DNA from: Octopus vulgaris
Lineage: Eukaryota
DNA length: 64,000 bases
Direction: 5' to 3'
Assembly (NCBI GenBank): GCA_951406725.2
Contig: OX597816.1
Coordinates: 97,774,001-97,838,000 of the forward strand
Each line of letters opens with the position of its first letter. The stretch's first letter is position 1. This document shows, piece after piece, positions 26,971 through 40,625 of the stretch. Position numbers and translations under genes: made by a program. The notes below the pieces were generated by a model. It was not told where the DNA came from, did no database searches, and worked only from the letters and a program-made list of their open reading frames with translations.

Positions 26971-28870
26971 GCTTGGCAACATAATCATGGCTTTTGTTGG
27001 TCTCAGAACATAAATGACAGAAACGGATATAGCATCGTATTATCACCGTCTTCCATACAATTCCGTCTAACCACCATTCCAGACTGATAAACATTTCTTT
27101 TTTATTGATCTCAAGAAGGACCTCAGCAGGTTTAAATCTAAGAGCTGAGAAAGTTAGAGCAACTTCCGCAAAACATTCTATCCGATATGGAAACGATCTT
27201 GCTGCTTGGCTTCCTCAAACAGGATTGTGGTGTTCTCTTAACAACCAGTACACTTCGGATACTGTAGAAATAAAATACTCTAAAGACAATCAAATGTTAA
27301 TATACTGATGTCGATAGAAAATTGGACTAAATGTCTTCCCTATTTTATTATTTTGACATTATTCCCTTTTCTAGCCATCTGAACATTTCTACAACAAAAT
27401 ATTTTCTTTTCATTGAACTATTTTCACTGAACTTGAAAAGTCCGATTATAAATGGCATGTTACGAAATTTAAATTAACACTAAGATACGATCATTATTCT
27501 GGTAGAATTCGAACGTAGACTTAATCGGAATGGAACTATAATTGTTGCATGGTAATAACTTTAAAAATTTTCCTAAACCAATTATCAAATGAAATATATG
27601 AGAAATATCCAGATATCTAGATAACCGATTTATCTGTACATTTTTATGTGTGTGTGTGTGCGTGTGTGTATGTGAGTGTAATTAAGCATAATTCATATAG
27701 CATTATTAACTTACATCTATCTGTTCGTACAAATTAATAAAATGCATAGAGAAGTTTCCAAAATATTAATTTTGCTACACCTACGCACACATTCGATCAC
27801 TTCAAATAGTATGTCATCCCGTAACTAAAAGAAATGACCAAATCATGCTTCAGTTGCATATATAGAATTATGGAAATATTCTACAGTATGCAGTTATAAT
27901 AGCTTTGCTAGAAAGTGAAGTGATTAATTTCCTTTCTGCAGGAACAGTCTCTAAGAACCAATTACCATTTAGCCGTAAATAACTCTGCTTATCGATTTTA
28001 ATTTTACACAACAAATCATGTTTCTGTATTTTGTCTATGAACAGAATGAAATTAGCACGAAAATTTTATGCATTTCGTAAAATATTGCAGATCGAAATCG
28101 AAGAATATGGGTCACAATTAAAGTCACAGTTTAGCAATAAAACGTCTTTCATGTATTTCAAGTACATATAAATGCAGCGTTTTCCTAAATGATTTTGAAG
28201 AAACTACAGAGGTATTATTTAATATCTCTGTAATAACTATAGATTTATGAAGAAATTAACCCTGTTATTCAACTGATGAAAATACATAATATATGATACA
28301 ATTTTAAAGAATTTACCATAACTGTTTCTTCCATTACTCGATCAAGTTTTAAAATCAAATTAATTTCTACGCAATAACAATCTCCAGGTTGTATTAAGTG
28401 CCAAGACAAATCACAATATTGCAAGCAATTAATCAATGAGCGTTAGGTTTTTATGCTATAAATATTATTTTGAAATGTTGGCCAATTCCACGTTTATTGC
28501 TTTCTGCAGAGCGTTACCATACGGAACAATTAAGGTTAAAAATAAATAAAAATAAAGGCAAAACAACAAATTTAATAGCCGAATATGCATTGGGATTAAA
28601 TTCTGTATATTATTCGGTTGTTATTATTTCTAATATTAACCACAATGGGTTAGATATTAATAAAATATAGAAAAAACGGGATAGAAAATCAGTAATGAAA
28701 TAAAGTAACTAATTACAAAAATAAATGATTGTATGCATAACACTTATTCAAATTAGGCTTTTAATAAATCGTACCTTGCTTACCATTCGACAGCTTCTGT
28801 TCATTTGAAAAAAGTATGAGTTTAAATGTAATAGTCCTAAAAAATCATGCACACTTGAACTGAACGCACG

Positions 28871-28980
<110 letters not shown>

Positions 28981-28994
28981 AATGGATATAAACA

Positions 28995-29877
28995 TACGAA
29001 GTGATATTATGAATTTCCGGGAATAGTTATGTTTAATAAAAAATAACTTACTTACCTCAGTTTTAACATGATCACCTTCGAAATAGTCACCGTGTGCAGA
29101 TATTACGCCGGTCCCAGCGTTCCTGCCACTTTTAGAATTCGGCCTAGAAGACGTTTTCCGTAAACGCGTCGAGGATCTTTTGCATGTCGCTCTGAGTCTC
29201 TACGACGGTGTTAAAACGGCGGCCTTTGAGCAGTATCTTAATCTTTCGGGAAGAGATGGAAGTTTGCAGGTGGGAGATCTGGCTAATAGAGTCGCTGCGG
29301 AAGTGGTGCTGTATGTTTTTGATGAGAAACACACGATTGGAGAGAGCTCGGTGACGGGATGCATTGTCGTCTTGAAGAATCTATTTTTCGCGTTCCACAT
29401 CTCCGGTCGCTTTCGTCCAATGTCCTGCCACAAACACTTCAAAACGTCGTTGATTGTCTTCCGACGATCCTCATGTAGGAGCTATATCTACATTTCCGGG
29501 GGTCACGCTCGCGGCAAGTCTTTCACATTGCTCATTCTCTTCTAGGGAACATCTTCCACTTTTAAACCACGTGTGACACTCAAAACATTGCGTACGGCGC
29601 ATTGCCTCGTGGCTGTTAGCTTGTCGAAGCATCCTCAGTGACTCTGTAGCAGACTGTCCAAATTTAACACAAACTTTCACATTGGATCTTTGTTCCTGTC
29701 TATGACAAAATTACAGACTACTGCTTACACGTGATCACAGAAACACAAGTTTCACAACTTACGAAGTAAACACAGCGATGTCACTCGGCAGACTACCTCA
29801 CGAAGGTCACTGTTAGCACTCACTGCGCACGCAACCATGTGCTAACATCTGTTGGAACCATTTGATACCACCTCATA
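28995..29877 (-). mobile_element. Internally deleted mariner element with degenerate TIRs and TA flanks
   Basis: N-terminal CVKFGQSATESLRMLRQA..WFKSGR (29471..29680) joined to C-terminal RKRPEMW and LKGRRF fragments. The ends tacgaagtgatatta and tgataccacctcata are related inverted repeats. Confidence 0.85.
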
Positions 29878-29904
29878 TATTCATTCACATATGTATATAT
29901 ATAT

Positions 29905-30211
29905 ATATCACGTGATATCACGTGACCGACCAGACCATCAGATGTTGCTACACATCGCTGGTCACAATGCGTTCGCATTGCTTTAGCCTTCGAATGACGC
30001 TACCCCGCTGGCTAAGCGAGCAGGCCAACAGACGAAAGAGTGAGAGAAAGAGTGGTGAAAGAGTACAGCAGGGATCACCATCCCCTGCCGGAGCCTCGTG
30101 AAGACTTTAGGTGTTTTCGCTCAATAAACGCTCACAACGCCCGTTCTGGGAATCGAAACCACGATCCTACGACCGCGAGTCCGCTGCTCTAACCACTGGA
30201 CTATTGCGCCT

Positions 30212-30214
<3 letters not shown>
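29905..30214 (-). mobile_element. tRNA-derived SINE family C
   Basis: Minus strand gtggaggcgcaatagtccagtggttagagcagcgg (A box), ggtttcgattccc (B box) and a (tcacgtga)-repeat tail. Confidence 0.85.
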
Positions 30215-30260
<46 letters not shown>

Positions 30261-30299
30261 CAAGATAAGAAAATGGAGAAATACATCTAAATCAAATAT

Positions 30300-31765
30300 C
30301 AATTACCAGATAATACTCAATCACATACTTTATTAAACCACCACACAAGAGACTGTAGGGTTAAATATAAAAAGCAGAACAAATCAGTGTACATAAAAGA
30401 AAGTACATAAAAAAGTGTACATAAAAGAGTAATGTTGTATAATAAGTAGAATATATATAAAAGAGAATATAAATATAAGTAAATATAAATATAAGTATAG
30501 ATTACATCTTACAGCTGTTTCGGCCATGTAGATAAGTATGTCTCATTTTACCAATATTAACCCTTTATGGTTGGTCAATATATAGATATAAATGGGACAT
30601 TTACAAAAATATCATAAGGCCTCTTCGGAGATTATGTCATATAACTCAGTCTACATATATACCTACATGGGTGTGGGTGCATACCCACAATACAACATAT
30701 ACATATACATATGAGTGCATATACTCACACTCCTATACATATAAAAATATACATTTACGTAATGATATAAATAAATAATATAAATTAGTAAACATATATA
30801 TGTGTTCCACATTCAATGTCTCAGTTTTTCGACTTAATATTGTGATAATAGACATACACAAATTAGTACATTTGTGTATTAGTACATGAGAGTGTATATG
30901 TATATGTATATGTGCGGATGTGCGCGTGTATGTGTGTGTGTGTGTGTACAAATGTTGGTATAGTTTTTCCCATGCCTACACTGGTGTAATAGAAATCTAA
31001 CGCTCTCAACAAACTAACCACAAGGAAGACAATGGTAATTTAAATTCAAATCCATTGGCCAATCATATTTTAGCGCTAGATCCGCAACTAATTCTGAAAG
31101 TAATAGTGTATTTATGTCACAATGAAAATTATAAACTTGAACTCGGACGTAAATATGTGCACCTGTGGATCTTAATGTAGTGTAAACAGAATGCTTGTAA
31201 TTCATATTGCGTATGTATATGCGGATATTTAACACTTAGCATGGTATTGTAGTACTATTGTGACTATATTGATAATAATGGAATCTATGTATTGTTTTTC
31301 TAGTATTAGCGTTATTAATAATAATATGAAGGATGATATTGATAGCATTAGTGGTAATGACAAAGATAATGATGCTAACATTAATGACATTTTGGAAATT
31401 AGTAAGAATTAATATAATGTACTCTTGACTCTGTATATCTGCATTTATGTATTAATATGTGTATGTTTTTCTACATTGTAATTATCACAATATTAAGTTG
31501 AAAAACTGTAACATTGAATGTGGAACATATGTATGTTTATTAATTTATATTATTTATATCATTATGTATATGTATATTTATATGAATAAGAGTATGCGTA
31601 TGTGCACTCATATGTATATGTATATGTTTTATTATGGGTATGTACCCACACCTGTATAAGTAATCTCCGAAGAGGCCTTAGGATATTTTTGTAAATGTCT
31701 CATTTATAACTACATATTGACCTACCATAAATGGCTAATATAAGTAAAATGAGACGTACTTATCA
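30300..31765 (+). mobile_element. PLE 3' fragment (GIY-YIG tail plus pseudo-LTR) with inverted pseudo-LTR upstream
   Basis: Inverted arms at about 30530-30850 and 31480-31765. Between them NPLANHI..APVDLN resembles the PLE endonuclease C-terminus (..H..P.GLN). Confidence 0.7.
30506..30632 (-). ncRNA. Type I hammerhead ribozyme with 92 nt stem II insert
   Basis: Minus strand atct-CCGAAGA-GGCC-[92 nt]-GGCC-GAAA-CAGCTG-TA-agat. All three stems pair. Confidence 0.75.
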
Positions 31766-32174
31766 GTAATAGTTTCACGTGGAAAATATCTTCACAATAA
31801 TTTAAGCGATCACTTGGTTATGCTGGTACTCTCCTTCTTTTGGGATTAGAATACATGAGGTTATGCCTGTCTATTCAGAATTTGAAAATAAATTCACAGA
31901 TCTGGGAAAGTAACTTATAAGAAAATTTCAATTGTTATCCACCTCGCATTGGCCTTGGAATTTTGGAAGGATGTGTGTTAACCATAAATTAATTAATGAC
32001 TTAATCATCTTATGCGAGAACTCCAATACACACCCATATTTACAAGCAAGTATATCCGCATCTTGCGTTTCATTGATGTTTGAGCATGTGCATCTTAACG
32101 TTTATTGGATTTCATAGGATTAGGATGCCGCACATATTTCATGAACTTGTAAGTTCATTAACTTATCTATAAGT

Positions 32175-32566
32175 GACAGTATCACCCGGCGTTGCTTGGG
32201 TTTGTTTCAACCCTTTATAATTGGAATTTTTGAAAAGTAAAAATGTTGCATTATGTAGCTTGTTCTTCTCTTTAAGTGAACATTTTTTTATTTGAAATAC
32301 ACCAAAAATGGCGACACATCAGTCAAAAAATTGTAAAAAATAGTAATTTTTCAAAGAGAAAAGGCACCTTTTTCATGTAAATAAATTTTGATGTTAACAT
32401 AGTCCGATTTGAATTATTTCTTCTACAGAAGGAAGAGCAAGCCGTTTTCTGTCATGCTCTTAATTTTGGTGAAGTTGCACCGCAGGCTCTCGGAGAAGAT
32501 AGTGTTAGTTACAGGCTACCAAACCTGCCATACACAGACAACTTCAGCTTTATATATAGAGAGATT
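32175..32566 (+). mobile_element. Helentron/HINE-type non-autonomous element
   Basis: 5' hairpin cccggcgttgcttggg and 3' end cttcagctttatatatagagagat. Confidence 0.55.
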
Positions 32567-32614
32567 TCCTATATATTTTAGCGAATCGTGTCATGTTTGG
32601 AACATGTGTTATCA

Positions 32615-32743
<129 letters not shown>

Positions 32744-32789
32744 TATATACATATATATATGTATATATATATATATATATATGCATATT

Positions 32790-33190
32790 TAAAAACCCCC
32801 ATCATAGGTTTATGGAGGTGTATGTCCATAATACACAATGCGAACACCGATATCTAAAAGTTTACCTAAACTTGATTGATAACAATTTGGGTGAGGGGCC
32901 ACGCTGAAACTTTCGTATGGATTGTGGTTTGAGAATGCAAGGACAGAAAGTTTCTTGCCAAATATTCAAAACTCTCGCTGTTGACGATGTGATATTTAAT
33001 TTTGCTGTGAGACAGAAATGGCAAACGCTCTCTAGCCATTGAGGAAAGACAACAGAGAAAATGCGAAAGAGCACATGAAAGGGTATCACATCTCCGTTTC
33101 CGTGCAGCTTCACCTGCATCAGATGTCATCGCTGCTGCAGAACCAGAGAAGACATTGTAGCCCACATGCGGGCCTGAAAGAGATGACTAA
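32790..33190 (-). pseudogene. Decayed Tc1/mariner (maT/DD37D-like) transposase fragment
   Basis: AAMTSD, V.PQW and IWQETFCPC remnants of VWAAVTSDG..PW..W.K.FWPP.SPDLNP. Confidence 0.5.
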
Positions 33191-33242
33191 TAAACAAAAA
33201 CAGTCAACATCGATATATAACTGACTAATGAAGATGTACGTG

Positions 33243-33306
<64 letters not shown>

Positions 33307-33332
33307 CACGTATATTATATATACACGTATAT

Positions 33333-33452
33333 ATAGCTGATCATGTAATGGAAAAATGGAGACTAGCTACCCCGGTGGGATGAAGTTAAAATAGTAGACA
33401 GAGAACACCACTGGAAAATACGAAAACTAAAACATGCAGCCCTAAAGGCCTA
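33333..33452 (+). pseudogene. PLE GIY-YIG endonuclease C-terminal remnant
   Basis: Translates, with one frameshift and one stop, to IADHV/WKNGD*LPRWDEVKIVDREHHWKIRKLKHAA. Confidence 0.8.
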
Positions 33453-33475
33453 AGATTCACTCCATGATTGCCCAC

Positions 33476-33541
33476 GGGCATATGGCATAGTGGTTAAGAG
33501 CTACTAACCTGAAGATTCTGAGTTTGATTCCAAGCAGTGAC
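33476..33541 (+). promoter_or_regulatory. tRNA-derived Pol III internal promoter (SINE-like head), not a complete tRNA
   Basis: A box TGGCATAGTGG at 33483-33493 and B box GAGTTTGATTCC at 33520-33531, with one CpG-type change. Confidence 0.7.
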
Positions 33542-33544
33542 ATG

Positions 33545-34383
<839 letters not shown>

Positions 34384-34446
34384 TATACCAACAACAACAT
34401 CGAAAAGTACCTTAAGAATGAGAACCCAGTTTTGAAATTTCCCCAA

Positions 34447-34492
34447 GACACCTGATGAAGGCTGGAAGGTATATCAGCCGAAACGTTGTGTT
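34447..34492 (+). ncRNA. Intact minimal type I hammerhead ribozyme (PLE type)
   Basis: GACAC-CTGATGA-A-GGCTGG..TCAGCC-GAAA-CG-TT-GTGTT. Predicted cleavage after GUU at 34487. Confidence 0.88.
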
Positions 34493-34688
34493 AACAACAA
34501 AGATGAAGACAAATATCCGTCGAATGTAAATAATGTAAATAATGAGTATAATAGTTTATGAGAAATATAAAATAGATATGTACATTCATATGTGTAAATC
34601 TGAATAGTATTTGTGGTATTCACTCTCTGCATCTTATTGTATGACTATAAGCGATGCATAGTATGCCACGTCATTCATACTTGAAGAA

Positions 34689-34771
34689 CCCACACTAGGC
34701 AAGTAAAATGATAGAAGGTGAGCACTCTGCTGTCGTGTTTACCTTCGATCATTTTACTTGCCTAGTGTAGG
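34689..34771. repeat. Hairpin with 34 bp arms and 9 nt loop
   Basis: acactaggcaagtaaaatgatagaaggtgagcac pairs with gtgtttaccttcgatcattttacttgcctagtgt. Confidence 0.9.
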
Positions 34772-35409
34772 CAAACTTTTTAAAAAAAATTTACGGGAGT
34801 TAGGATTAAGGCGTTTGCTAAGGCTAACCGAAAGACATGGAGTATATAACAAATTTGATAGCTATAACCACCTGCTATGGTTACTTTTTATACGCCTAAT
34901 GTGGTTTTACTGCATAGTCTTTCCGTGTCTCCAGTTTATCTACTTCCTTGTGCTCTCAAGGTAATCACAAGCTTGATGCTGGGTACTTTTTCTTTTTATA
35001 TGCAATGCTGATGCTTTGTTGTGAAGCTACATCGTGGATGTTGCAATTTGTTATAAAAAATCCGGTCATATATAACGCCGTAAAAGATAAAAAGGTTGAC
35101 AAAATCACTGAGAACGAGGTGATATGTGTGTCTATGTATGTCTGAGTAAGTGTGTTTGTTTCAGTAAGTATATATAAATGTGTGTGTGAGTAACCCTTGT
35201 CTCTTATTTTCTAAATTTGTAACAGACATTTTAATTTCCTATCATGAGATTAATTTCCAACTTATTAGTTCTAAAAGAAGTCAACCAATACTACGGCAGA
35301 GAAACTACATTCCATGTTGGTTCCAAACCACTTTTTGGTAGGCATACTATGCACCGTAGAAATCTTAGCTGAGCAGTGTTTTATTTCGTGCATTATTTAA
35401 TATCCACAA

Positions 35410-36020
35410 AGCGGTGAAATGACAGAATTGTTAGCAGACCAGACAAAATAAGTTGCGGCATTTCGTGCGTCTCTACATTCTGAGTAAAAATTCCTCAAAG
35501 TCACCTTAGCGTTTCATCCTTTCAGGATCAATAAAAAAAATAGCAGTGGAGTATAGGGGTCGATCTTATCGACATATCCATGCCCCTGACGACAAGTACA
35601 TAGTGTATCGGTCTCTTTTGCCGAACCGCTAAGTTATAGGGACGCAATCACACCAACACTAGCTAGATGTGTGTGTGTGTGTGCGTGTGTGTGTATGTGT
35701 GTGCGCGGGCTGAGTTCAAATTCCACCGAAGTCGACTTTGTGCTTTCATCCTTTCGGGGTCGATTAAATAAGTACCAGTTACGCACTGGGGTCAATATAA
35801 TCGACTCAATCCGTTTGTCTGTCCTTGTTTGTCCTCTCTGTGTTTAGCCCCTTGTTGATAGTAAAGAAATAGGTATTTCGTCTCTCTTTACGTTCCGAGG
35901 TCGACTTTCCCTTTCATCCTATCGGGTTCGATAAATTAAGTACCACTTGCGGCCTGGGGTCAATCTAATCGACTGGCCTACTCCTTAAAATTTTCGGTCT
36001 TTGTGCCCAGTGTAGGAAGG
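35410..36020 (+). mobile_element. Cluster of SINE family B copies with a family A fragment (35605-35660)
   Basis: Repeated ctttcatcctttcggggtcgat..agtacca cores. Confidence 0.8.
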
Positions 36021-36419
36021 GATATATATATATATTGTCCTAAGCTTAGGACAATATACTGGGATCTAGGAAATCATTAAGTGCTCAATTATTAGCTTTC
36101 CATTTAATATATAAATTGATTTGTATATCTCTCTTATTTACCATGGTTATGATATCATTTTTTAAATTATAAAAAAAAACATTTTAAAAGTCTTACTTTT
36201 ATTCTTATACAACATGATATTACACTGTTTTGGCTATACTTTGAAAACAACATTTTCCCTCTTTAATGTCACACCTACCCAACATCTTCATGGGAATTTA
36301 ATTCTATCTTATAGACTCATTTTAAAGTTGGTTTCTTTTTGAGGTGAAGGGTACCTATGACAGTAAGAAATTAAGAAATAGTAAGAAATTAAAGAATAGA
36401 AGAAACATCTAATAATATA

Positions 36420-37567
36420 TATTAGATCGTCAAGTATGGAATTTGTAGTAAGGTATATGGGAAATTTTGACAGCTGCTCTGACAATCTCTATTTTTTTTG
36501 TTAGAAAGCTGATACATCTATTTCTTTATTCTAATTCATTTTGCCTTTTATAAAGTATTTATAAATCATTTTTTTTTTTTGCTATTTTTGTTTAGAGATG
36601 GATAAGTCGGAAATTCATACAGTTTTGAAATATGAAGTTCACAGACAATTCGGAATATCAATGGAGTATTTCATTCTAATGTTATTACACAGCAGACAGT
36701 ATCAAATTGGTTTGCAAAATTTTGTTCTGGTAACTTTGACCTCACAAATGAACAACGCGATTGACAAGAAACAGAAAGCCACCATCGAGTCAGAGCCATC
36801 TCAAAGTGCCCGTGAATTATCGTTGTTGTTTTGTGTTAGCAAGCAAACATATTGACTCACCTACTTCAAATCGGTAAAGTAAAAATATTGAATAAGCGGG
36901 TTCCATATGAACTCAATGGAAATCAGAAACTGCTGTATTCTTGTCACAAAAATGAATCATTTTCGAATCGAATTGTATTAACGACCATAAACGTTCAACA
37001 CAATGGTTGGACAGAGAGAAGCCACGAAAACACAGTCCCAAAAGCAAAGTTCATCAAAAAAAAGCTCATGGTGTGTGTTTGGCAGTCTGGTGCAGGTGTG
37101 ATCCATTATGAATTCATTAAACCTGGCTCACCAATCACGACCGCCAACTGGAACAAATGATGCAGAAACTTACAAAAAACAGCCTATATTAGTCAACAGA
37201 TCTACTCCTATTTTATTGCAAGACAAGGCCAAACCACACATCGCAAAAATGACATTGGCGAAACTACAGTCTTTCGAGTTAGAAGTTCTCCATCATCCAC
37301 CATACTCATCTGATATTGCCTCCACTAACTACCACTTCTTCCAGAATTAGGATAACTTTTTGATAAGAAAAACTTTAATTCTGACGATGCTGTAAGACAG
37401 GCCTTCCAAGATTTTATTGATTCTAGATTGCCAAGCTTTTACAATTTCGGGTTGGACAAGCTACCGCTGAAATGGCAAAAGTTTATTGACAACATATATG
37501 CATACTATTGCTTGTATTTATAAAACATTGGAAAACTATTTTCCTTTTCATACTTGACGACCTAATA
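36420..37567 (+). mobile_element. Mariner element, near full length, decayed transposase
   Basis: TIRs ttagatcgtcaagtatg and catacttgacgacctaa with TA flanks. ORFs give MDKSEIH..KYE, RVPYEL, KKLMVCVW, LLQDKAKPH and HPPYSSDIASTNYHFF. Confidence 0.92.
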
Positions 37568-37849
37568 TTAATGACAAACAACCAGCTCTGAGCTACTAAC
37601 TCACAATGCTCTTTATTATAAACGTAGTTTATATACTAGATCTTTTGTTGATGGTAAGAAGATAGGTAAAAAGTATTAGAAATAAATTATAATCCGATGG
37701 CCCCACTATGTTCGCAAATTGTAGTTCTTCTCTGAGATTATTCTTACTATATTAGTGGCAACATGAAGTTATTTCATCCTCTAGCTTTGATAAAATATTT
37801 GACAAAAATTATATTACCATAGCTCATCTATTGAAAATGCATATTTATT

Positions 37850-38062
37850 GCAACGTAAGATAGCACTGTATTTAAATTGATGTAAAGCTTGCATTGTTGA
37901 ATTAAATAGAGCCGCCTGAAACGGTCGTATTGCACTAATACTTGAAATCCTGTTACTTATTTTGATTTTATTCATCTTCGGGATGTGCCGATAATACCGG
38001 AAAAACTTGGTGCCTCAACTTAAGTACCTAATTCAACTGAATCTTAATTATTTCTGTTATAT
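37850..38062 (+). mobile_element. HHR-bearing pseudo-LTR family (GAAACGGCCGTA type), decayed
   Basis: gcaa-CGTAAGA..gagccgcct-GAAA-cggtcg-TA-ttgc. The downstream sequence matches the reverse complement of 53915-54060. Confidence 0.65.
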
Positions 38063-38064
38063 AT

Positions 38065-38220
38065 ATACGAGGGACATATTTCAGTTTCCGTCTACGAAAT
38101 CCACCCATAAGGCTTTGGTCGGCTCCACGTTATAGTAGAAGACACTTGCCGAAAGTGCCACGCAGTGGTAATGAACCCAGAACCATGTGGTTGGGAAGCA
38201 AGCTTCTTACCACAGTCACA
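38065..38220 (-). mobile_element. SINE family A, 5' part
   Basis: Matches 7420-7570. Confidence 0.85.
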
Positions 38221-38687
38221 TCTGTTATATATATATAAGAAATGAGGGAATCGGAAAATGGAATTCACGAGAATCTTTATTCATTACAGCAATCGTTTCA
38301 ACCCATCTTGCATGGCTCCCTTGTGGGTGAGATAGTATACAGCTGGTTGTGTCGGATCCCTCTGCGCAGATGTGTCTCTTTAGGTTCCTATTTAGGAAGA
38401 TATCTTGGCGGATATATTCTGTTTCGCATGGTTCAATTATGCATGTTGTTATTGCCAGTAGGTCATTGGCTATAACGACAGAGGATGGACACAGTTTTAT
38501 TGTTATAAAGAGTTAATGGGTCAACCCAAGGTTAATAGTGAATAAATGACAGAGAGTAAATAAAAAAATAAAACACTGTGTTAAGATAAGTATAGACGTG
38601 TAGGTATAAGCAGGTATATAGGCACACATACACACACCGCCATGGTCTTGTGGACAAACATACCTAAGCTGACGCTGTTAAAGAGAT

Positions 38688-39400
38688 GTTAGTTAGTTAG
38701 TTAGTTAGTTAATTTGGCTCAAAAGCAAATTTGCAAGGCCATGTAGGGGGACATGGAGTTAAGTACAGGGTGGTGTTCATGTAAAGAGTTCAGGCCACTT
38801 GAGGTCCAGGGAGGCTTTGAACAAAGCGGTCGTCGGCATCTTCACCATCTCGTCTGGCAGCTTGTTCCACGGATCCGCAACCCGGACAGAGAAAGCTCCT
38901 CTCCTTCGATTGAGATGAAATCGTCGCAGGTAGAGCTTTTCGGAATGACCCCGCAGCCGACGCTCTGGAGCAGGAGTGAAGAACAGCTCTTTCGAGAGGT
39001 TACACTTTCCGCTTATGATGTTGTGGGCGAGAATGAGATCACCATGGCGGCGGCGTTTTTCAAGAGAATAAAGGTCGAGCGTCCTCAGCCTTTCTTCGTA
39101 GGACAAATTTTTGAGACCATGAACCATGCGGGTAGCCAGCTTCTGGACTCTTTCGAGATGATGTATGTTTTTGAGGAGATAAGGAGAAGAGGCTTGAATC
39201 CCATACTCCAATATGGGTCTCACCAGCGTGACATAGAGTGGTAGGAATATGGCTGCTGTGAGCATTCCGAATGACCGTCGAATCAAGAACAGAATTCCGC
39301 GTGCTTTGTTGGCAGCATGGACGCACTGGGCCGAAGGCGAAAAGGAGGAATCCACCAAGATACCCAGGTCCTTTACTTGATCGGTCCTCTCCAGCAGCAG
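38688..39400 (-). mobile_element. 5'-truncated CR1-group LINE with (TAAC)n tail
   Basis: ORF 38777..39358 has LYVTLVRPILEY, LERVQKLATR, LSYEERL, LYSLEKRR..GDL, LRGH..KL and FSVRV..WNKLP, followed by a short 3' UTR and tandem tail. Confidence 0.92.
38777..39358 (-). CDS. C-terminal fragment of CR1-group LINE ORF2 (post-RT region), uninterrupted
   Basis: 193 aa open frame with the motifs above. The start is a truncation point, not a true initiator. Confidence 0.8.
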   Translation of the reverse strand: MVDSSFSPSAQCVHAANKARGILFLIRRSFGMLTAAIFLPLYVTLVRPILEYGIQASSPYLLKNIHHLERVQKLATRMVHGLKNLSYEERLRTLDLYSLEKRRRHGDLILAHNIISGKCNLSKELFFTPAPERRLRGHSEKLYLRRFHLNRRRGAFSVRVADPWNKLPDEMVKMPTTALFKASLDLKWPELFT

Positions 39401-40142
39401 ATATCCTTGAATTTATGTCATACACAACTGAGATGGTCTTATTAGAGGTGAACAATGAAAGACTATCTGCTGCCCCTCCGTGCGGCCAGTCTGTACAGCC
39501 AATCAAACTGTCTGGCGGCGGTTTGATTTATTTAAATAAACTGCAGTCACCATATGTGTTCACATATGTTACTATGCGTATTTGTATACATAGCAGCATA
39601 CACTCGCATATTTCAGACACGTACTCATATATTTATATGTTTATACAGGAATTCACGCACACACACGAACACACACATATGGTGATATTTGTAGACGTAC
39701 ACACACACACACACACACACACATATTTATATATACCCTTTGTCTGGTCACCTCTAATAATACCATCTAGTTTTTAATGACTATGCTCAACGACATCCCA
39801 TTAACAGCGTGAGAGCTTTTTTATGTTTACGAGATGTATCTTAAACGACACCTGAAGAGATACATCTATACCGATGGATGCACCACAACTAGTTGTATAT
39901 TATCCCACCCGCAAGTGATCGATTCATGACGGGTTGAAATATTCGTTGTGATGAAGAAAGGTTCTTGTGAATTCTATTTTCTATTTCCTTCATCTGTTAT
40001 ATAATCATCGAACACTGAGGAATTCCTGGGGTAGATCCAGGGACACCTGTATCAAAACTGTACATGATATCAGATAGCCATAGACTTTAATCGTCATACT
40101 ACTAGGTGTATACCCCCACGTTATATATATATACATATGTAA

Positions 40143-40213
<71 letters not shown>

Positions 40214-40273
40214 TACACACACATATATATATATACATTATACGTGTATATGTACATATGCATACACACATGC

Positions 40274-40333
<60 letters not shown>

Positions 40334-40625
40334 CAGCTGTATTAGCCTCAACCAGTATTTAGGTATAAAGGATCTGTAGGTTAGTTAAGATATGTTTGTG
40401 ACATATATCTACTTCTAAAGGCATATTCACCGTAGTTACCGTGCAGGAGCAATTCTCTCTTGGTTGGGAAACAAGTTTCTTATCACACAGCTGCGCCTGC
40501 GCCTGTAGAAAGAAATTCCACAGAGACTGCATTGCCATCGCGCTAGATCGTACGAAAGCTTGACAGACTATCTAATGCCCGAACATTACTGACATGTGCA
40601 TGTTTGTAGAACTGTTGCTGTTACA

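Noticed and set aside
33476-33541. Possible tRNA gene
   Set aside because: It has A and B boxes, but the anticodon arm is shortened, there is no acceptor stem pairing and no oligo-T terminator. Treated as a tRNA-derived head.
38753-39777. Plus-strand ORFs of 163 and 168 aa and the minus-strand 148 aa ORF
   Set aside because: Antisense or alternative-frame shadows of the CR1-group LINE fragment.
39846-39898. HHR-like CTGAAGA-stem motif
   Set aside because: The GAAA box is lost, so it is too decayed to call. The motifs at 38290-38530 and 40330-40430 are similarly weak.
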